From Acidobacteriota bacterium (GTDB lineage: Bacteria; Acidobacteriota; UBA890; WLXD01), in contig CBDBHB010000006.1 of NCBI GenBank assembly GCA_965205505.1, forward strand, positions 448,001-512,000: DNA of 64,000 bases, in the 5' to 3' direction. This document shows, piece by piece, positions 49,580 through 60,376 of this stretch; the first letter of the stretch is position 1; each line of letters begins with the position of its first letter. The position numbers were made by a program, and so were the translations under genes. The notes beneath the pieces were generated by a model. It had not been told where the DNA came from. It ran no database searches and was given only the letters and a program-made list of their open reading frames with translations.

Positions 49580-50214
49580 TGCGCAAGAATTACCTGGCCC
49601 TCGACGGCCCCATCGGAGTAGGCAAGACGAGTCTGGTCAACCTGATGGTGGAGCGCCTCGGAGCAACCAAGATCCTCGAGGATCCGGAGAACCCGTTTCT
49701 GGAGTCCTTCTACCAGGAGAAGACCGGGGCGGCGTTCCAGGCGCAGCTCTACTTCCTGCTATCGCGATTCCAACTGCTGACCCAAGCCCGGCAGAGCGAC
49801 CTGTTCGCGCGCTTCACGGTGGCCGATTTCACTCTGCAAAAGGATCAAGTCTTCGCTCATCTCACGCTCACCGACAGCGAGCTGCTTCTGTACGAGAAGC
49901 TCTACGGCGTGCTCGCGCCGCAGGTGCCGAAGCCCGATCTGATCGTCTATCTACAAGGCTCGACCGAAGTACTTGTGCGGCGAGTCGAGATGCGCAGTCG
50001 CCCCGAAGAGCGCAGCATCTCGCACGACTATCTGCAGCAGGTGAACCAAGCCTACGCACACTACTACTTGCAGTATGACGAGTCGCCGCTGCTGGTCATC
50101 AACACGACCGAGATCGACTTCGTCCAGGACGCCGACGACTTCGACGATCTCATGGCACAGATCGACGCCATGGAGGCCGGGCGTCAGGTCTACGTGCCGC
50201 GGCGGGTGCGTTAG
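49579..50214 (+). CDS. Deoxynucleoside kinase (dgk/dck family)
   Basis: GPIGVGKT, ENPFL..FY, QLYFLLSR and PDLIVYL motifs. Confidence 0.92.
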   Translation: MRKNYLALDGPIGVGKTSLVNLMVERLGATKILEDPENPFLESFYQEKTGAAFQAQLYFLLSRFQLLTQARQSDLFARFTVADFTLQKDQVFAHLTLTDSELLLYEKLYGVLAPQVPKPDLIVYLQGSTEVLVRRVEMRSRPEERSISHDYLQQVNQAYAHYYLQYDESPLLVINTTEIDFVQDADDFDDLMAQIDAMEAGRQVYVPRRVR

Positions 50215-50338
50215 CCAGATTGTAAGGATATGTAAGGATGCCCGCCGGGCGGCACCCGCCCATGGTAGGCTGCGGCGCTCCTGAAGCCCTCTGAGAACCA
50301 AGCTCGCTGCTCAGGGCACTGGCTCCCTCCCCTGCCTG

Positions 50339-52615
50339 ATGATGAACATCAACGCCTGCGCGCAGCGCGCGCTCCTGACGCTGAGCCGATGGGTCCGCCT
50401 CGCCATGGTGGGGGCTGTTTTGACGGTCGTCAGCACCCCGGCCGCCGCACAGTCGCCCCGCCGCTCGCTCGAGGCCCTGGTCATCGACGAGCGCGTCGCG
50501 CTCGACGGCCACCTCGATGAGCCGTTTTGGCAGCGGGCCGAGGTTGCCACCGGGTTCGTACAGCGCAACCCGGATACAGGCCGACCGGCGACGGAGCGCA
50601 CCGAGGTACGTATCGCGCGCGACCGTGACGGCATCTACCTCGGGGTGATGGCGTATGACAGCGACCCCGATACGATCGTTGCCAAGGAGATGCAGCGTGA
50701 CGGGTCGCGCTCATTCGGCGGCTTTCGCGGTGCCTCGGGCGCCTACGGCAACGACGACTCCGTCATCATCGTCCTCGATACGTTTCTCGACCGGCGCAAC
50801 GCCTTTTACTTCGAGACCAACCCGAACGGCGCTCGCGCCGACGCGCTGATTGAAGACGAGAACAACCCCAGGTTCGAATGGGATGGCGTCTGGAATGCCG
50901 CTGCCACACGCACGCCGGAGGGCTGGAGCGCCGAGCTGGCGATTCCGTTCTCCACTCTGCGTTTCGGCGCCGATGGCGGCACCTGGGGCCTGAATATCCG
51001 CCGCCTCATCCGGCGCAACAACGAGGAGGCCTTTTGGGCGCCGGTGGGTCGCGACGCCAACCTGCCGCGCCTGTCGCTCGCCGGCGAGCTCACCGGGTTG
51101 GGTGAGCTCAAGCCGGGTATCAACCTGCGCGCCAAGCCGTTCGGCATCGCCACCAGCGCACTCGACTTCGAGACGCCGTCTGCCCGCAGCGACGAGCAAT
51201 ACGACGGGGGCCTGGACCTGCTGCGTTGGGGCATCAGCAACAGCATGACGCTCGACCTCACCGCCAACACCGACTTCGCTCAGGTCGAAGCCGACGACGA
51301 GCGCATCAACCTGACGCGTTTCTCGTTGTTCTTTCCCGAGAAGCGCGAGTTCTTCCTCGAGAACGGGGGCATCTTCGATTTCGGTCCCACCCAGGGCCAG
51401 GGCGGCGGCATGCGCGGTCCGTTGCTGCGCATGTTCTTCTCACGGCGCATCGGACTGGAGGAGAACGGGATCATCCCGATACGGGGGGGAGCACGTTTCA
51501 CGGGCCGCGCCGGCGGCTGGAACTTCGGGTTGCTCGATGTGCAGACGCGCGGCGCCAGCGGTCTCGGAGACGACGGCGATATCGATGTGGCGGCCACCAA
51601 CTGGGGGGTGGCGCGGATCAAGCGCAACATCGGGGAGCGCTCCAGCATCGGCGCGATCTTCACCAACAAGCAGGTAAGCGAAGACGAGTGGAACCGGGTC
51701 GCCGGCATTGATGCCGACATCAATGTCTCACGTAAGGTCAACTTCAACGGCTTCTTCGCCGCGAGCCGCGACAAGGACCTCGGCAGCGATGAAGTCACCG
51801 ATTGGGCGGCCGGCGGCGGCTTCAACTATCGCGGTCGCATCTGGCGGGCACGCGCCAGCTTCACCGAGATCCGCGACGACTTCCGGCCGGCGATGGGATT
51901 TCTGCTGCGCGATGGCATTCGCCGCTACGACTACAACGTCGACTTCGAGCCCCGCCCAGCGAACAGCCTCGGTATCCGCAACCTGAACTTCAACCAGCGC
52001 ACTCAGGTCGTGACGCTTTCGGACGGCACCATCGAGACCATCGACGCGACCGTGCGATTCTTCGGCTTCGATACACGTGCCGGCGACCGTATATCGTTTT
52101 TTGCCAGCTACAACTTCGAGCGCATTTTCGAAGACTTCGAGATTCAGGACGGCATCATCATCCCGCCCGGCGACTACGACTTCACCGACGTCGGCCTGTT
52201 CCTGCGCACCGACGGCAGCAGGCCGGTGTCGTTCTTCGGCTTTTACACCAAGGGCACCTTCTTCGGTGGCAATCGCTTCATGGGCAACAGCACGCTGAGC
52301 CTGCGCCTGAGTCGCCTGCTGTCGGCCGAGACCGCGTGGAGCTACAACGACGTCGACCTCCCGGCCGGCTCCTTCAAGGCGAGCGTCGTGCGTGAGCGCA
52401 TCAAGCTGGCTTTCTCGCCCAACCTGTTCTGGAACACGCTGGTGCAGTACAACACCACCACTGACCTGCTGACGCTGAACTCTCGCCTTAACTGGATCTA
52501 CCGGCCCGGCGCCGACATCTTCCTGGTCTACAACCAGGACTGGGGCACCGGCACGGTGATCCGGCCGAAGAACCGCGCGATTATCTTGAAGTTCACCTAT
52601 CTGCTGATCCTCTAG
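50339..52615 (+). CDS. CBM9-like / DUF5916 outer-membrane protein
   Basis: LDGHLDEPFW, GWSAELAIPF and DFAQVEAD..NLTRFSLFFPEKREFFLE; beta-barrel-type C terminus. Confidence 0.85.
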   Translation: MMNINACAQRALLTLSRWVRLAMVGAVLTVVSTPAAAQSPRRSLEALVIDERVALDGHLDEPFWQRAEVATGFVQRNPDTGRPATERTEVRIARDRDGIYLGVMAYDSDPDTIVAKEMQRDGSRSFGGFRGASGAYGNDDSVIIVLDTFLDRRNAFYFETNPNGARADALIEDENNPRFEWDGVWNAAATRTPEGWSAELAIPFSTLRFGADGGTWGLNIRRLIRRNNEEAFWAPVGRDANLPRLSLAGELTGLGELKPGINLRAKPFGIATSALDFETPSARSDEQYDGGLDLLRWGISNSMTLDLTANTDFAQVEADDERINLTRFSLFFPEKREFFLENGGIFDFGPTQGQGGGMRGPLLRMFFSRRIGLEENGIIPIRGGARFTGRAGGWNFGLLDVQTRGASGLGDDGDIDVAATNWGVARIKRNIGERSSIGAIFTNKQVSEDEWNRVAGIDADINVSRKVNFNGFFAASRDKDLGSDEVTDWAAGGGFNYRGRIWRARASFTEIRDDFRPAMGFLLRDGIRRYDYNVDFEPRPANSLGIRNLNFNQRTQVVTLSDGTIETIDATVRFFGFDTRAGDRISFFASYNFERIFEDFEIQDGIIIPPGDYDFTDVGLFLRTDGSRPVSFFGFYTKGTFFGGNRFMGNSTLSLRLSRLLSAETAWSYNDVDLPAGSFKASVVRERIKLAFSPNLFWNTLVQYNTTTDLLTLNSRLNWIYRPGADIFLVYNQDWGTGTVIRPKNRAIILKFTYLLIL

Positions 52616-52795
52616 CAGGGTGCAGCATCCGGCTTGTCGTGGCGTGTCTACCTGAGAACGACGCCCGTTAGATAGGCGAGATCGCCGTTCGCCTCGTTGT
52701 CCTCGAACAGAAGGGTGTGGACACGACTCGTGCCGCCGCCTGGTGCGGCTGTGGCAGGTCGCGGGCTCATCTCGAAAGACTCTGGTCTTTTCGGC

Positions 52796-53572
52796 CTAGG
52801 TGGAGTGAGCTCGCCCGTTCAGGAGCTTCTTCTGATATCGGCTCTGGACCACGTCGGTCAGCACCAGCACACCGATGACGAAGTAGAACGTGGTCTTGCT
52901 CATCGGCGTGACCTCGTTGCCGAGCAGGCGTAGGTGCGCCAGGTGGCCGCCCTCAGACAGCAGCATGATGCCGACGACGAACAGAATAAATAGCCCGAGC
53001 ACCTCGTACATGCGGTTGCGCTGTAGGAATCCGGCGACGCTGTCGGCGAGGAAGATCATCATCACACCGCCGATGACGATCGCCGTCGCCATCACCCAGA
53101 ACACGTCGGTGAGCGCCATGGCGCTTAGGATCGAGTCGAAAGAGAACACCAGGTTCATGGCCACGATCCATAACACGATGGTTCGCAGCGGGCGCGCACC
53201 CCGCTCCTCGTGCTCGAGATCGGCCACCCCGATCATGTGAAAGATCTCCTTGGTGGCGGTGTAGATGATGAACACGCCACCGAGCAGCACGATGATGCTG
53301 TGGAAGTTGAACTGAGCCTCGACCAGGCCGGTGCTGTGAAGGCCGAAGACGGGGGCCTGGAAATAGCCGATCAGGCTCGTCAAGCCGAGCAGCAGCACAA
53401 TGCGGAGGACGATGGCGATACCGATACCCCAACGCATGACGGATGCCCGCTGGCCCGCCGGGGCGCGTTTGGATTCGAGCGCGACGTACAGCAGATTGTC
53501 GAACCCGAGCACGCCCTGAAGAAGCGTCAGCAGTGCCAGCGTCACGAGGTTATCGAGGCTGAGAATCTCCAT
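52796..53572 (-). CDS. TerC-family membrane protein
   Basis: VLGFDNL and FSFDSILSA motifs. Confidence 0.9.
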   Translation of the reverse strand: MEILSLDNLVTLALLTLLQGVLGFDNLLYVALESKRAPAGQRASVMRWGIGIAIVLRIVLLLGLTSLIGYFQAPVFGLHSTGLVEAQFNFHSIIVLLGGVFIIYTATKEIFHMIGVADLEHEERGARPLRTIVLWIVAMNLVFSFDSILSAMALTDVFWVMATAIVIGGVMMIFLADSVAGFLQRNRMYEVLGLFILFVVGIMLLSEGGHLAHLRLLGNEVTPMSKTTFYFVIGVLVLTDVVQSRYQKKLLNGRAHST

Positions 53573-53583
53573 CGATCACTCCA

Positions 53584-54234
53584 TCATCGTTCGGCACATC
53601 GATCGGAAGCCGTGGTGTCGCCGTCGTCGGACACCGTGCGGTGGGCACGAATCAGCATCACGTCGGAGTTGATATCACCCTGCGTCCCGCCAATCACGCG
53701 GCGCCGCACATCGTATCTCTCTATGGTGAAGTCGCCAGACGCGGCAAGAGCCTCCGCCGGCGTCGCAATGAGCGCGTTCGGCAGCCCGGCCCCTGTGGGC
53801 CCGCCCAACGGTGATGCCTCGTCTGGCGGTGATAACCCAATCAGCAGCAGCACACCGTCGGGCGCAAGCGCCGCTGCCGCATTGGTCAGCAAGCGCGTCC
53901 GAGTGTCGGACGGCAGGTGCATGTAGCAGATCAACACCAGGTCGTAGGGCGCGTCAGCGCGGTACTCAGCGACATCCGCTACCACGCCACGGATGGCCAG
54001 GCTCTCGCCAGCGGCCAACTGCACCAGCGTGTCGATCGCCGCGGGCGCTTGATCGACTGCCGTTACCTCCCAGCCTTGGCGAGCAAGCCAGATGCTGTTC
54101 GCACCTTCCCCGGCACCGAGGTCGAGCGCCCGGCCAAGCGGCAGCTCCGCGGTCTCGGCGACCACGTCGTCGTCGGGGCGCGTCCACGGTGCCTTGTTGG
54201 CGGCGTAGTACTCGTTCCATTGGCGCGCGTCCAT
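53584..54234 (-). CDS. Class I SAM-dependent methyltransferase
   Basis: ALDLGAGEG..WLARQGW.VTAVD motif. Confidence 0.88.
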   Translation of the reverse strand: MDARQWNEYYAANKAPWTRPDDDVVAETAELPLGRALDLGAGEGANSIWLARQGWEVTAVDQAPAAIDTLVQLAAGESLAIRGVVADVAEYRADAPYDLVLICYMHLPSDTRTRLLTNAAAALAPDGVLLLIGLSPPDEASPLGGPTGAGLPNALIATPAEALAASGDFTIERYDVRRRVIGGTQGDINSDVMLIRAHRTVSDDGDTTASDRCAER

Positions 54235-54290
54235 CACTGCAAATCGAAACTCCTCATGGCAGGAGTGTCGCATGTGTTTCAATCCACGCC

Positions 54291-55976
54291 ATGCTCGCCG
54301 AATCCGCCGCGTTCACCACGTGGCTCGACAGGTTCTTCGACTCCTACTACAAGCACAGGCCGGTCAACGGAACCTTCATCGGCGTCCACGACGGCGACCA
54401 CCGACTCCCCGACTTATCCGACAACGGAGCGGGCGACGCCCTCGCCGACGCCGAGAGCCTCCTGAGGGAATCGCTGGAGCTGCCAGCCGAGCCACTGGCG
54501 GCGGCCGAGCGCATCGACCTGCAGCTCGCTCAGGGATTCCTGCGAACCCAGATCTGGGAGATGCAATCGGGGTATCTGCATCGCGACAACCCGAGCTTCT
54601 ATACCGGCGAGGCGATCTTCGGGATCATGTCGCTGTTCTTGACCAACTTCGCGCCCGTTGCCGAGCGTGCCGCAGCGGCCATCGAACGGATGGAAGGCGT
54701 CCCGGCACTGCTGTCTCAAGGTCGCAGCAACGTCCGCCGCGCACCGCAAGCCTGGACCGAGCGTGCGATCCGAGAGTGCGCCGGTGCCGATGCGTTCTTG
54801 ACAGCGGGTCTACAACACGTGATCGCCGATGAGCACGCCGATTCGCCAGGGCTCGAGACATCGGCGGCGATCGCGGCCGCCGCCTTCGCAGAGTTTCGCT
54901 CCTACCTCGAGAGTGAGCTTCTCGCCGCGTCGGTGGATCGCCATTGCTGCGGTAAGGAGGCTTTCGCCATGTACCTGCGCGAGGGCCACTGCGTCGACGA
55001 AAGCGCGGCCACGATCGCAACTATTGCCGAGCACGAGCTGTCGGAGGCCGCCGCGAGGCTATCGGAGCAGGCGCGAGATTTCGGTGCCAACAACAGCGCT
55101 GAAGCACTCGGGGAGCTCAGGAGTTTGCATCCGCCGCCGGACCGGTACGACGCGCGCCATCAAGAAGTCTCGGACGCGATGCGCGAGGTAACCGAGAAGC
55201 AGGCGTTGCTGACCTGGCCGGAGTTTCCTCTCCGCTTCGTGCCACAGCCACGATGGGCGCGTGACGCTGCCCCGCATCTGTACTTCCTGGTGTATCGATC
55301 CCCAGCGGCGACCGGGCGACCGCGAGTGCACGACGTCCTGGTACCAGCGCTCGACGCGAGTGCCCCCGCAGATCAGCAGCGCGCCTTCCTCGAGACAACG
55401 AACGACAGCGTCATCAAGCTGAACCATGTGATTCATCACGGTGGCGTCGGCCACCATGTGCAGAATTGGCACGCGTTCCGCGCCGCGTCGCGCATCGGTC
55501 GAGTCGCCGCCGTCGACTGTGCAGCGCGCATCGCGATGTTCTGCGGCGGCACCATGGCTGAAGGATGGGCCTGCTACGCCACCGGCCTGATGAGCGAGGC
55601 AGGAGCCCTAACGCCGCTGGAGCAGTACTCCGAGCACCAATCACGCATGCGGATGTGCGCTCGGGCTGTCGTCGACATAAGGCTGCACTCCGGCCAGTTT
55701 TCTCTGCGGCAGGCCACTGACTACTATGAGCGCGCAGCGCTGATGGCGCCCGCGGCGGCGATGGCCGGCGCCGTCCAGAACAGCATGTTCCCGGGAACGG
55801 CGGCGATGTATATGCTGGGCACCGACGCGATCCACAAGCTACGAGGGGAGCTGTCGGCGCGCGATGGAAGAGACTTCGACCTCCGCAAGTTCCATGACGA
55901 GCTGCTTTCGTACGGGTCGATTCCGGTCTCGTTGATCGCGGCGGAAATGATGGCGAGACGCGGCGATGGTGAGTAG
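54291..55976 (+). CDS. DUF885-family protein
   Basis: HHGGVGHHVQ, EGWACYA, VVDIRLH and FHDELLSYG motifs. Confidence 0.85.
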   Translation: MLAESAAFTTWLDRFFDSYYKHRPVNGTFIGVHDGDHRLPDLSDNGAGDALADAESLLRESLELPAEPLAAAERIDLQLAQGFLRTQIWEMQSGYLHRDNPSFYTGEAIFGIMSLFLTNFAPVAERAAAAIERMEGVPALLSQGRSNVRRAPQAWTERAIRECAGADAFLTAGLQHVIADEHADSPGLETSAAIAAAAFAEFRSYLESELLAASVDRHCCGKEAFAMYLREGHCVDESAATIATIAEHELSEAAARLSEQARDFGANNSAEALGELRSLHPPPDRYDARHQEVSDAMREVTEKQALLTWPEFPLRFVPQPRWARDAAPHLYFLVYRSPAATGRPRVHDVLVPALDASAPADQQRAFLETTNDSVIKLNHVIHHGGVGHHVQNWHAFRAASRIGRVAAVDCAARIAMFCGGTMAEGWACYATGLMSEAGALTPLEQYSEHQSRMRMCARAVVDIRLHSGQFSLRQATDYYERAALMAPAAAMAGAVQNSMFPGTAAMYMLGTDAIHKLRGELSARDGRDFDLRKFHDELLSYGSIPVSLIAAEMMARRGDGE

Positions 55977-57597
55977 TCGCATCCGCCGGGCCGCAGCCGG
56001 CACCGTCATCGGCTTGCTGGCCGTCGGCTGTGGTGGAACCGAGCCGGGAGCCGCAGCAGATTCCGCCTACGGAGCCCGAAAGATCTTACGCGTCGCCTAC
56101 AACCGCGAGATCGACGTGCTCAACGCGTTTACCAGTCAGATGTTGATCGACATCCATCTCAGCATGGTCGAGGGTCTGATCACGACGGACGAGAACAACA
56201 CCTACGTCCCGGTGTTGGCCAAGCAGATTCCGACCGAGGAGAACGGCCTGGTCGTGCGCAACGAGGACGGCACGATCGACATGACCTGGGAGCTACACGA
56301 GAACGTGCGCTGGCACGACGGCGAGAAGCTCACCAGCGCCGACGTGTGCTTCACCGGGGCTTTCGTGACCAGCGAGGGGTCGGAGACCTACAACCGCGAC
56401 CACTACCTCGGCATCATCGACTGCCAGACGCCCGACGACTACACCGTGGTAATGCGCTGGGACGACGCCTATGGCTTCTACGCCGGCTTGTTCGAGGCGA
56501 TCTTGCCGAAACACGTGCTCGGCAACATGACCACACGGGAGATCATCAACTACGTTCCCTACAACCGCGGCACCGAGACAATCGGCACCGGACCTTTCAG
56601 GTTCGCCGAGTGGAAGTCGGGCGAGTACATCCGGGTTGTGCGCAACGACGACTACTGGCGCGGTCCGCAATATCCGCGCATCGACGAGATCGTGTGGTCG
56701 TTCGTGCCCGACTCCAATGCCCGGCTGAACGCCATGCGAACCGGCCGCTATGACTACGGGCAGATCGAGCCCACACAGGTAGGCGAGGTTGCCGATCTCA
56801 CCGGCTACGACACCCACCTGGTAACCTCGAATCGGTTCATGCACCTCGATTTGGGTGTCAACACCGAGCGCGGCCGACGCCTGTTTGCCGATGCGAACGT
56901 ACGTCGGGCGATCTTCCACGCTATCGATCGGCAGGCGATCGCCAACGGGCTGATGCAGGGCACGGTGCGGGTTGCTCACACGCCGATCAACCCGGCCAAT
57001 CCCTATCACAACCCTGACGTACCGATCCATGCGTACGACCCGCAACTCTCGGCCGAGCTACTCGACCAAGCGGGGTGGCGTCTCGCATCCGACGGAGTGC
57101 GATCCAAGGGCGACGAGCGCTTTTCGTTCATCTTGATGAACCGTGCCGGCGATCGCGAGCGCATCGCCATCGCGCAGGTGATCCAGGCGCAGTTGAAGGC
57201 CATCGGCATCGAGGCCACGTTCGAGACCATGGAAAGCGCTGCCTGGACGCAACGGTGGCGGAGCGGCGAATGGGAGGCCATCGTTGCCGGATGGTTCCTT
57301 TCCGCGGACCCCGGCGTAACCAACCTGTACGCCTGCGCCGGCGCCAACAACATGACCGGTCTGTGCGATCCAGTGCTCGACGCAGTGATGGAACGATCGG
57401 ACCGAAGAATCGACTTCACGGCTCGCAAGCCGTTGCTCGATACCGTTCAGGTACTCCTGGCCGAGGGCGCCAGGACGCTGCCCATCTACTACGCCGTCAC
57501 CCCGGAGGTAGTGAGCAAACGCGTGGTTAACTTCCGCGGTAGCGGTACCAACTTCGGGAGCTTCTGGAACCTCTATGAGTGGGATCTGCGTCGATAG
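55966..57597 (+). CDS. Peptide/nickel ABC substrate-binding lipoprotein (family 5)
   Basis: Lipobox LAVGC; WHDG, IGTGPF and VRRAI..AIDR motifs. Confidence 0.92.
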   Translation: MVSSRIRRAAAGTVIGLLAVGCGGTEPGAAADSAYGARKILRVAYNREIDVLNAFTSQMLIDIHLSMVEGLITTDENNTYVPVLAKQIPTEENGLVVRNEDGTIDMTWELHENVRWHDGEKLTSADVCFTGAFVTSEGSETYNRDHYLGIIDCQTPDDYTVVMRWDDAYGFYAGLFEAILPKHVLGNMTTREIINYVPYNRGTETIGTGPFRFAEWKSGEYIRVVRNDDYWRGPQYPRIDEIVWSFVPDSNARLNAMRTGRYDYGQIEPTQVGEVADLTGYDTHLVTSNRFMHLDLGVNTERGRRLFADANVRRAIFHAIDRQAIANGLMQGTVRVAHTPINPANPYHNPDVPIHAYDPQLSAELLDQAGWRLASDGVRSKGDERFSFILMNRAGDRERIAIAQVIQAQLKAIGIEATFETMESAAWTQRWRSGEWEAIVAGWFLSADPGVTNLYACAGANNMTGLCDPVLDAVMERSDRRIDFTARKPLLDTVQVLLAEGARTLPIYYAVTPEVVSKRVVNFRGSGTNFGSFWNLYEWDLRR

Positions 57598-57657
57598 CAG
57601 CAATTGCGAACGCTTGCGGGTACGCGCTGCGGGCGAGGCGCCGGTTACCACGCACCA

Positions 57658-58611
57658 GTGAGCGCCTACATCGGCCGGCGGCTGCTACTAATGGTGCCTC
57701 TGTTGCTCGGCATCTCGGTGGTGATCTTCGCGGTCATCCAAGCGGCGCCGGGCGGGCCCGAAGGCGCCCTGCTGGAGACCGGGCGCTTCATCGACCCACA
57801 GGTCATCGAGAACTACCGGCAGCGCCTGGGTGTCGACCAGCCCATCCATGTGCAGTACTTCAGGTGGCTCTCGGCTGCGCTTACCGGCGATCTCGGCGTG
57901 AGCTTCTCCACCACCCGACCGGTTGCCGAGATGATCGGCGAGCGTCTGCCGGCCACCCTCGAGCTGATGGCAACCTCGTTCGTGCTGGCCGCCATGCTCG
58001 CCGTGGGCATCGGCATCCTCAGCGCCGTCAAGCAACACACCCCGATCGACTACCTGGCCACCGGCGCGTCGTTCGTCGGCATTGCCATGCCGGTGTTCTG
58101 GTTCGCCCTCATCCTGCAGCTGCTCTTTTCGGTGAGGCTGGGCTGGTTCCCAGTAGCCGGCACCGAGACGGTCGGCGCAACGTCGCTGGGGGATCACCTA
58201 CAACACCTGATCCTCCCCGCCGCCGTGTTGTCGTTCAGGAATATCGCCGGTTGGTCGCGCTACCTACGTGCCAGCCTGGTGGGCGCTCTGCGCAGCGACT
58301 ACGTGCGCACGGCGCGCGCAAAGGGTCTTCCCGAGCGCGTCGTCGTCGGCGTGCATGCGCTGCGCAACGCTCTGATCCCGCTGGTCTCGATCATGGCGCT
58401 CAATCTGGCCGACTTGTTCTCCGGCGCGGTGATCACCGAGACGATCTTTGCCTGGCCAGGAATCGGTCGGCTTTTCGTGCAAGCGATGTTCGCGCGCGAC
58501 TACCCGTTGTTGATGGGCATCCTGCTGATGGGCTCGGTCATGGTGGTGTTCTTCAGTTTGGTTGCCGACGTTGTCTACGGCGTCCTCGATCCGCGCATCC
58601 GCTATGAATGA
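57658..58611 (+). CDS. Peptide ABC permease (OppB/DppB)
   Basis: GDLGVS, DYVRTARAKGL and LDPRIRY motifs. Confidence 0.93.
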   Translation: MSAYIGRRLLLMVPLLLGISVVIFAVIQAAPGGPEGALLETGRFIDPQVIENYRQRLGVDQPIHVQYFRWLSAALTGDLGVSFSTTRPVAEMIGERLPATLELMATSFVLAAMLAVGIGILSAVKQHTPIDYLATGASFVGIAMPVFWFALILQLLFSVRLGWFPVAGTETVGATSLGDHLQHLILPAAVLSFRNIAGWSRYLRASLVGALRSDYVRTARAKGLPERVVVGVHALRNALIPLVSIMALNLADLFSGAVITETIFAWPGIGRLFVQAMFARDYPLLMGILLMGSVMVVFFSLVADVVYGVLDPRIRYE

Positions 58612-60376
58612 GCGCACCGGGCTCGTCTGGAAGCGCATGCGAGACCACCCGGCGGCGGTCGTGGCGTTGGCGGTAGTCGTCGTCATGGCGCTCGCATGCG
58701 TGGCTGCGCCGCTCATTGTCGCGTACGAGTTCGACGCCATCGATCTGAGCGGCATCCGACAACCACCGTCGAGCGCCCACTGGATGGGCACCGACGATCT
58801 CGGACGCGATCTGTTCACCCGGATGCTATACGGCGGTCGCGTCTCCATCCTCATCGGCGTGCTCGCGGCGCTTATCGGCACAAGTATCGGTTCGCTAGTG
58901 GGGGCGCTGGCGGGGTTCTACGGCGGCCGCATCGACGGCGTGCTCATGCGCCTTACCGACGTTGCCTACTCGATCCCGGCGCTGCCTCTGCTGATCGTGC
59001 TAAGCGCCTATTCGCGCGCCGGCGCGATTTCCGTGGCGGTGATCGTCGGGCTGCTGAGCTGGATGGCGACCGCCCGGGTGGTGCGCGCCGAGGTGCTGTC
59101 GATCAAGCAGCGCGACTACGTCGAGGCGGCGCGTGGCCTCGGCTCCCGCAACCGGCGATTGATCACCGGTCACATTCTGCCGAACGCGGTCGGACCCATC
59201 GTAGTGGGTGCCACCCTTGCAGTGGGCAACGCCATCATCCTGGAGTCGTCGCTGAGCTTCCTCGGGCTCGGCGTGCAGCCGCCCACGCCGACGTGGGGCA
59301 ACATGCTGCAGGAGGCACAGGTAACGATGGCCACCCGCCCATGGCTGACGGTGTTTCCGGGCCTCGCCATCCTCACGGTGGTGCTGTCGGTCAACTTCAT
59401 CGGCGACGGCCTGCAGGAAGCCTTCGATCCGACCGGGGAGCGCTTCCACCGGCGCTGGCGGAGGCGGCGGCGGCAACCTGGACGACGTGGAGGCTCGTTG
59501 CCGCGGCCGCCGGCAGCCACACCGGCCACGGCCACGGCCGCAGCCTCATCGCATCTGCTCGAGGTACGCGGCCTGACAACGACGTTCGAGACCGACCTCG
59601 GCCCGATCACCGCGGTCGACGGCGTGTCGTACACCCTCGACGCGGGCGAAGCCCTGGCGATCGTCGGCGAGAGCGGATCCGGCAAGACCGTCGCGGCGCT
59701 GTCGTTGATCGGGCTGGTGCCGCCGCCGGGCTCTGTAGAGCACGGCGAGGTGATCCTCGAGGGCCGTAACCTGCTGGGTCTGTCGGGACCGCGGTGGCAA
59801 GAAGTCCGTGGTCGCAAGATCGCGATGATCTTTCAGGACCCGATGACCTCGCTGAACCCGGTGCTGTCGATCGGCAGTCAGATCACCGAATCGCTCACCT
59901 CGCACGAAGGCCTGTCTACCGACGCGGCCCGATCCAGGGCAATCGAGCTGCTGGAGCTGGTACAGATTCCGCATCCGGCCGAACGGCTTGCGGACTACCC
60001 ACATCAGCTGTCGGGCGGACAGCGCCAGCGTGTGATGATCGCGATGGCGCTTTCCTGCAGCCCCTCCGTGCTCATCGCCGACGAGCCCACCACAGCCCTC
60101 GACGTCACCATCCAGGCGCAGATCGTCGATCTCGTGCAGGATCTCCGGCAGCAGCTCGGCATGGCGATCATTTGGATCACGCACGATCTGGCGGTGGTAG
60201 CGGGCCTAGTGGACAGGGTCGCGGTGATGTACGCCGGTCACATGGTCGAGCAGGCACCGGTCGGCGAGATCTTCCGTCGTCCGCGTCACCCCTACACCCT
60301 CGGGCTGCTGCGTTCGATGCCAAGCGCATTGGCCTCGCGAGCGTGGATCGAGGGCCGATTCCGTTGTGCCAGGTGA
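58604..60376 (+). CDS. Fused OppC permease-OppD ATPase, C terminus short
   Basis: [13 protein letters not shown] followed in frame by [16 protein letters not shown] and HPYT. Confidence 0.85.
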   Translation: MNERTGLVWKRMRDHPAAVVALAVVVVMALACVAAPLIVAYEFDAIDLSGIRQPPSSAHWMGTDDLGRDLFTRMLYGGRVSILIGVLAALIGTSIGSLVGALAGFYGGRIDGVLMRLTDVAYSIPALPLLIVLSAYSRAGAISVAVIVGLLSWMATARVVRAEVLSIKQRDYVEAARGLGSRNRRLITGHILPNAVGPIVVGATLAVGNAIILESSLSFLGLGVQPPTPTWGNMLQEAQVTMATRPWLTVFPGLAILTVVLSVNFIGDGLQEAFDPTGERFHRRWRRRRRQPGRRGGSLPRPPAATPATATAAASSHLLEVRGLTTTFETDLGPITAVDGVSYTLDAGEALAIVGESGSGKTVAALSLIGLVPPPGSVEHGEVILEGRNLLGLSGPRWQEVRGRKIAMIFQDPMTSLNPVLSIGSQITESLTSHEGLSTDAARSRAIELLELVQIPHPAERLADYPHQLSGGQRQRVMIAMALSCSPSVLIADEPTTALDVTIQAQIVDLVQDLRQQLGMAIIWITHDLAVVAGLVDRVAVMYAGHMVEQAPVGEIFRRPRHPYTLGLLRSMPSALASRAWIEGRFRCAR

